Source of the DNA: Bdellovibrionales bacterium
GTDB lineage: Bacteria > Bdellovibrionota > Bdellovibrionia > Bdellovibrionales > Bdellovibrionaceae
Reading direction: 5' to 3'
NCBI GenBank assembly: GCA_031370005.1
Contig: JANMPT010000103.1
Location: forward strand, 1-27,387
Length of the DNA stretch: 27,387 nt
Positions 25,451-27,387 of this stretch are shown here, one piece after another (position 1 is the stretch's first letter; each line of letters starts with the position of its first letter). The notes under the pieces are model-generated. The model was not told where the DNA came from. It did not search any database and was given only the letters and a program-made list of their open reading frames with translations. The position numbers and the translations under genes were made by a program.

Positions 25451-25969
25451 TTATTTCGAAGCCTCGATTAGGGATTTGTAGTTCAAAAGGCCCCTTTCGA
25501 AGTGTCCTCCCATCAGAGAGGTCATCATCAAACCGAAGTAGCGATTGAAATAAGAAAGATCTTGTTCAAAGGCCCAAGTCATTTCAGATTTTGTCTCTGA
25601 CTTTGCATTCGTAATCCAATAAACCATGCCCTCGCCGGTCATGGGCTTGAAAAAATCCATCTTGATGGAGATTTTTTGTTTTGGCTCGATGTTGGTTATC
25701 GTCATTTTTCCTTCGCCAGTTTTTTTTCCTTTCCAACTCAAGAATGAGCCAACTCCAATACCTGATACCATTGTCCGATTGGTTGGATCACCCTCAGGAA
25801 ACGGATTCCATTTTACATACTCATTTAGGTCTGACAGCTTTGCGAAGACATCGGTAAGTGGCGCATTGATTTCTATCGAGCGTGAAATTGCGAATTTAGC
25901 GGGTAAGAATGCTGGCACCACAAGAGCAATTAAAATTAATATGCCGATAATAGATAAGATTTTAGCCAT
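25451..25969 (-). CDS. SRPBCC (polyketide cyclase/START-like) protein with N-terminal TM
   Basis: ISRSIEINAP...VF...WNPF...FERGLLNYK. Confidence 0.9.
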   Translation of the reverse strand: MAKILSIIGILILIALVVPAFLPAKFAISRSIEINAPLTDVFAKLSDLNEYVKWNPFPEGDPTNRTMVSGIGVGSFLSWKGKKTGEGKMTITNIEPKQKISIKMDFFKPMTGEGMVYWITNAKSETKSEMTWAFEQDLSYFNRYFGLMMTSLMGGHFERGLLNYKSLIEASK

Positions 25970-26061
25970 CAAAGTTTCCACCTTTCGTTTTTCAAATTGT
26001 TTCAATAAATTTAGATATTGTCGATGAGTTTGAGCTCAGTTTGATATGACGACGCCGCAGA

Positions 26062-26244
26062 TCATGTCGCGACTGCAATCTCGCTAGGGGATGGGGAAGA
26101 GGAAGAGTAATTTTTTAGTGGATCGGAGGCATTTAGTTCATCTTGGCAAATAGTTTTAAACTCAAGGCCAACCTCCTTCAACAGCTCTTCAGCTTGTTGA
26201 TAGTTGGGGCAGCCCTTAAAATATATTAATTTATATTCCGACAT
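26062..26244 (-). pseudogene. truncated thioredoxin/glutaredoxin-like protein
   Basis: LIYFKGCPNY motif; sequence degenerates after PLKNYSS, before the expected cis-Pro strand. Confidence 0.55.
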
Positions 26245-26477
26245 AAGGTCCTCAATTTCTGGATATCTAATAGTGTTAATTGTTTTACTAATTTCATCGG
26301 GATTTATTTTCGAGATTATTTATTTGCTTCTATACGACCTCATTTCTGATCCAAAAAGAAAGAAGATATTAGACCAGACCCAAGAATAAATATGAGCTAA
26401 GAAGGCTTAAGCTGCAGCGTGACCTAAGCGCCAGTCTATAAGTTTGACTTTTTTTGGAAAAAAGATACATTAAAAAA

Positions 26478-26888
26478 ATGAAGAATCTACCTTTGATCGC
26501 ACGAATTATATTAGGATTAATATTTTTTGTTTTCGGGCTGAATGGCTTTTTACATTTTATTCCCATGCCAGAAACAATGCCTGAGAGAATGATGACTTTT
26601 ATGAATGGTCTGATAGCAACGAATTACTTTCTGCCACTCTTAAGTGGTACTCAGGTGGTTTGTGGCGCTCTTTTGTTAGCTGGAGCCTTCGTGCCCTTAG
26701 CGTTGGTAGTTCTAGCGCCGGTAATATTAAATATTTTTTTAGTGCATGTTTTTATTTCCACTGAGGGGTTGATACTTGCCATTATCCTAGGCCTTCTAGA
26801 GGTTTATTTGGCTTTTTTTGCAAAGCCATACAGCGATATAGTTAAGCAAATTTTTCGTTGTCCAAAGTTGGAATCAAAACGGAAGTAA
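26478..26888 (+). CDS. DoxX-family membrane protein
   Basis: ARIILGLIFFVFGLNGF...GALLL...PLALVVLAPVILNIFLVH. Confidence 0.88.
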   Translation: MKNLPLIARIILGLIFFVFGLNGFLHFIPMPETMPERMMTFMNGLIATNYFLPLLSGTQVVCGALLLAGAFVPLALVVLAPVILNIFLVHVFISTEGLILAIILGLLEVYLAFFAKPYSDIVKQIFRCPKLESKRK

Positions 26889-26991
26889 TGCAAAGAAACA
26901 ATATTTTGGCCTTGGGCTTGTTTAGGGTCGCAGTTTTGCGAATAAGAGACTTCAAAGCCGTCTCGTTTATTTTCTTAGTGTCGTCAGATTT

Positions 26992-27243
26992 CTAAAATGA
27001 AGAGCCTGGGGTCTTTAGGAATGCAAGCTCATCCGGTGTGGATTTTCGTCCTAGAATTTCATTGCGATGAGGGTAGCGGCCAAATTGCTCGATAATTCTT
27101 TTGTGCCTTAACTCAAAAGCCAAATTATTTTCAAGTCCAGGCTCCGAGAACAGCGTAACAGCTTCTCGTGAACCTTTAGGGATTCGCTATGCATATACGG
27201 CTAGTTCTGTAAACCAAAAATCCAACACTGTATTTTCAGTCAT
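26992..27243 (-). pseudogene. DUF924-family gene with internal deletion and frameshifts
   Basis: MTENTVLDFWFTEL | PYMHSESLKVHE | AVTLF...HKRIIEQFGRYPHRNEILGRKST...FLKTPGSSF*; pieces separated by frame changes; missed by the ORF track. Confidence 0.88.
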
Positions 27244-27387
27244 TTAATATACTGAGCTTCCAACGGGATTAACCATTGTACCAATTACCGTATTTACAGT
27301 TACGGGTAGGTTCTTCATAGTCGCTGCTGTTTGCCCTGCTGGTAATCTGACATGACAAAGACTACTACTTGCGCAGTAATCATCTGT
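27244..27387 (-). CDS. 3' end of an unknown gene entering from the right edge
   Basis: Open frame TDDYCASSSLCHVRLP...NPVGSSVY* whose stop abuts the DUF924 ATG. Confidence 0.45.
   Translation of the reverse strand, partial: TDDYCASSSLCHVRLPAGQTAATMKNLPVTVNTVIGTMVNPVGSSVY

Noticed and set aside
26204..26566. ORFs 26204-26389 (+) and 26369-26566 (-)
   Set aside because: Overlap better genes; the former may hold a membrane-protein tail but cannot be assigned.
1..27387. CRISPR array
   Set aside because: No regularly spaced repeat-spacer series and no cas genes.
19948..27387. Prophage or conjugative element
   Set aside because: No structural, replication, relaxase or T4SS genes in the window.

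Overview
Low-GC bacterial chromosome segment; gene style suggests a Bdellovibrionota-like deltaproteobacterium (inference). A conserved-looking core (divergent tRNA-Ser(GCT)/tRNA-Arg(ACG), FecR-domain protein, TPR/beta-barrel protein, large lipoprotein, CHASE2 adenylate cyclase, tRNA-Asn(GTT); 11813-19947) is flanked by two decayed tRNA-anchored accessory regions. Left of tRNA-Ser (1-11812) lies a patchwork of toxin-antitoxin loci (higBA plus an extra XRE, an AbiE-like pair, AbiEii and Fic pseudogenes), an SLT + secreted-partner pair, a VOC/TfoX/GST operon and an IS3 scrap, separated by recurring short att/arm-like sites. Right of tRNA-Asn is a ~4 kb element bounded by a displaced tRNA 3' copy (23915-23928). 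It carries a large-serine-recombinase C-terminal remnant that reads into the tRNA, a resolvase, an XRE and two unknown cargo genes, and is followed by an older homologous integrase remnant and more cargo. Most striking: restoring a 7-nt deletion in the displaced att copy puts the integrase tail in frame with a start-less HTH/recombinase-like ORF, suggesting an excision-dependent gene fusion.
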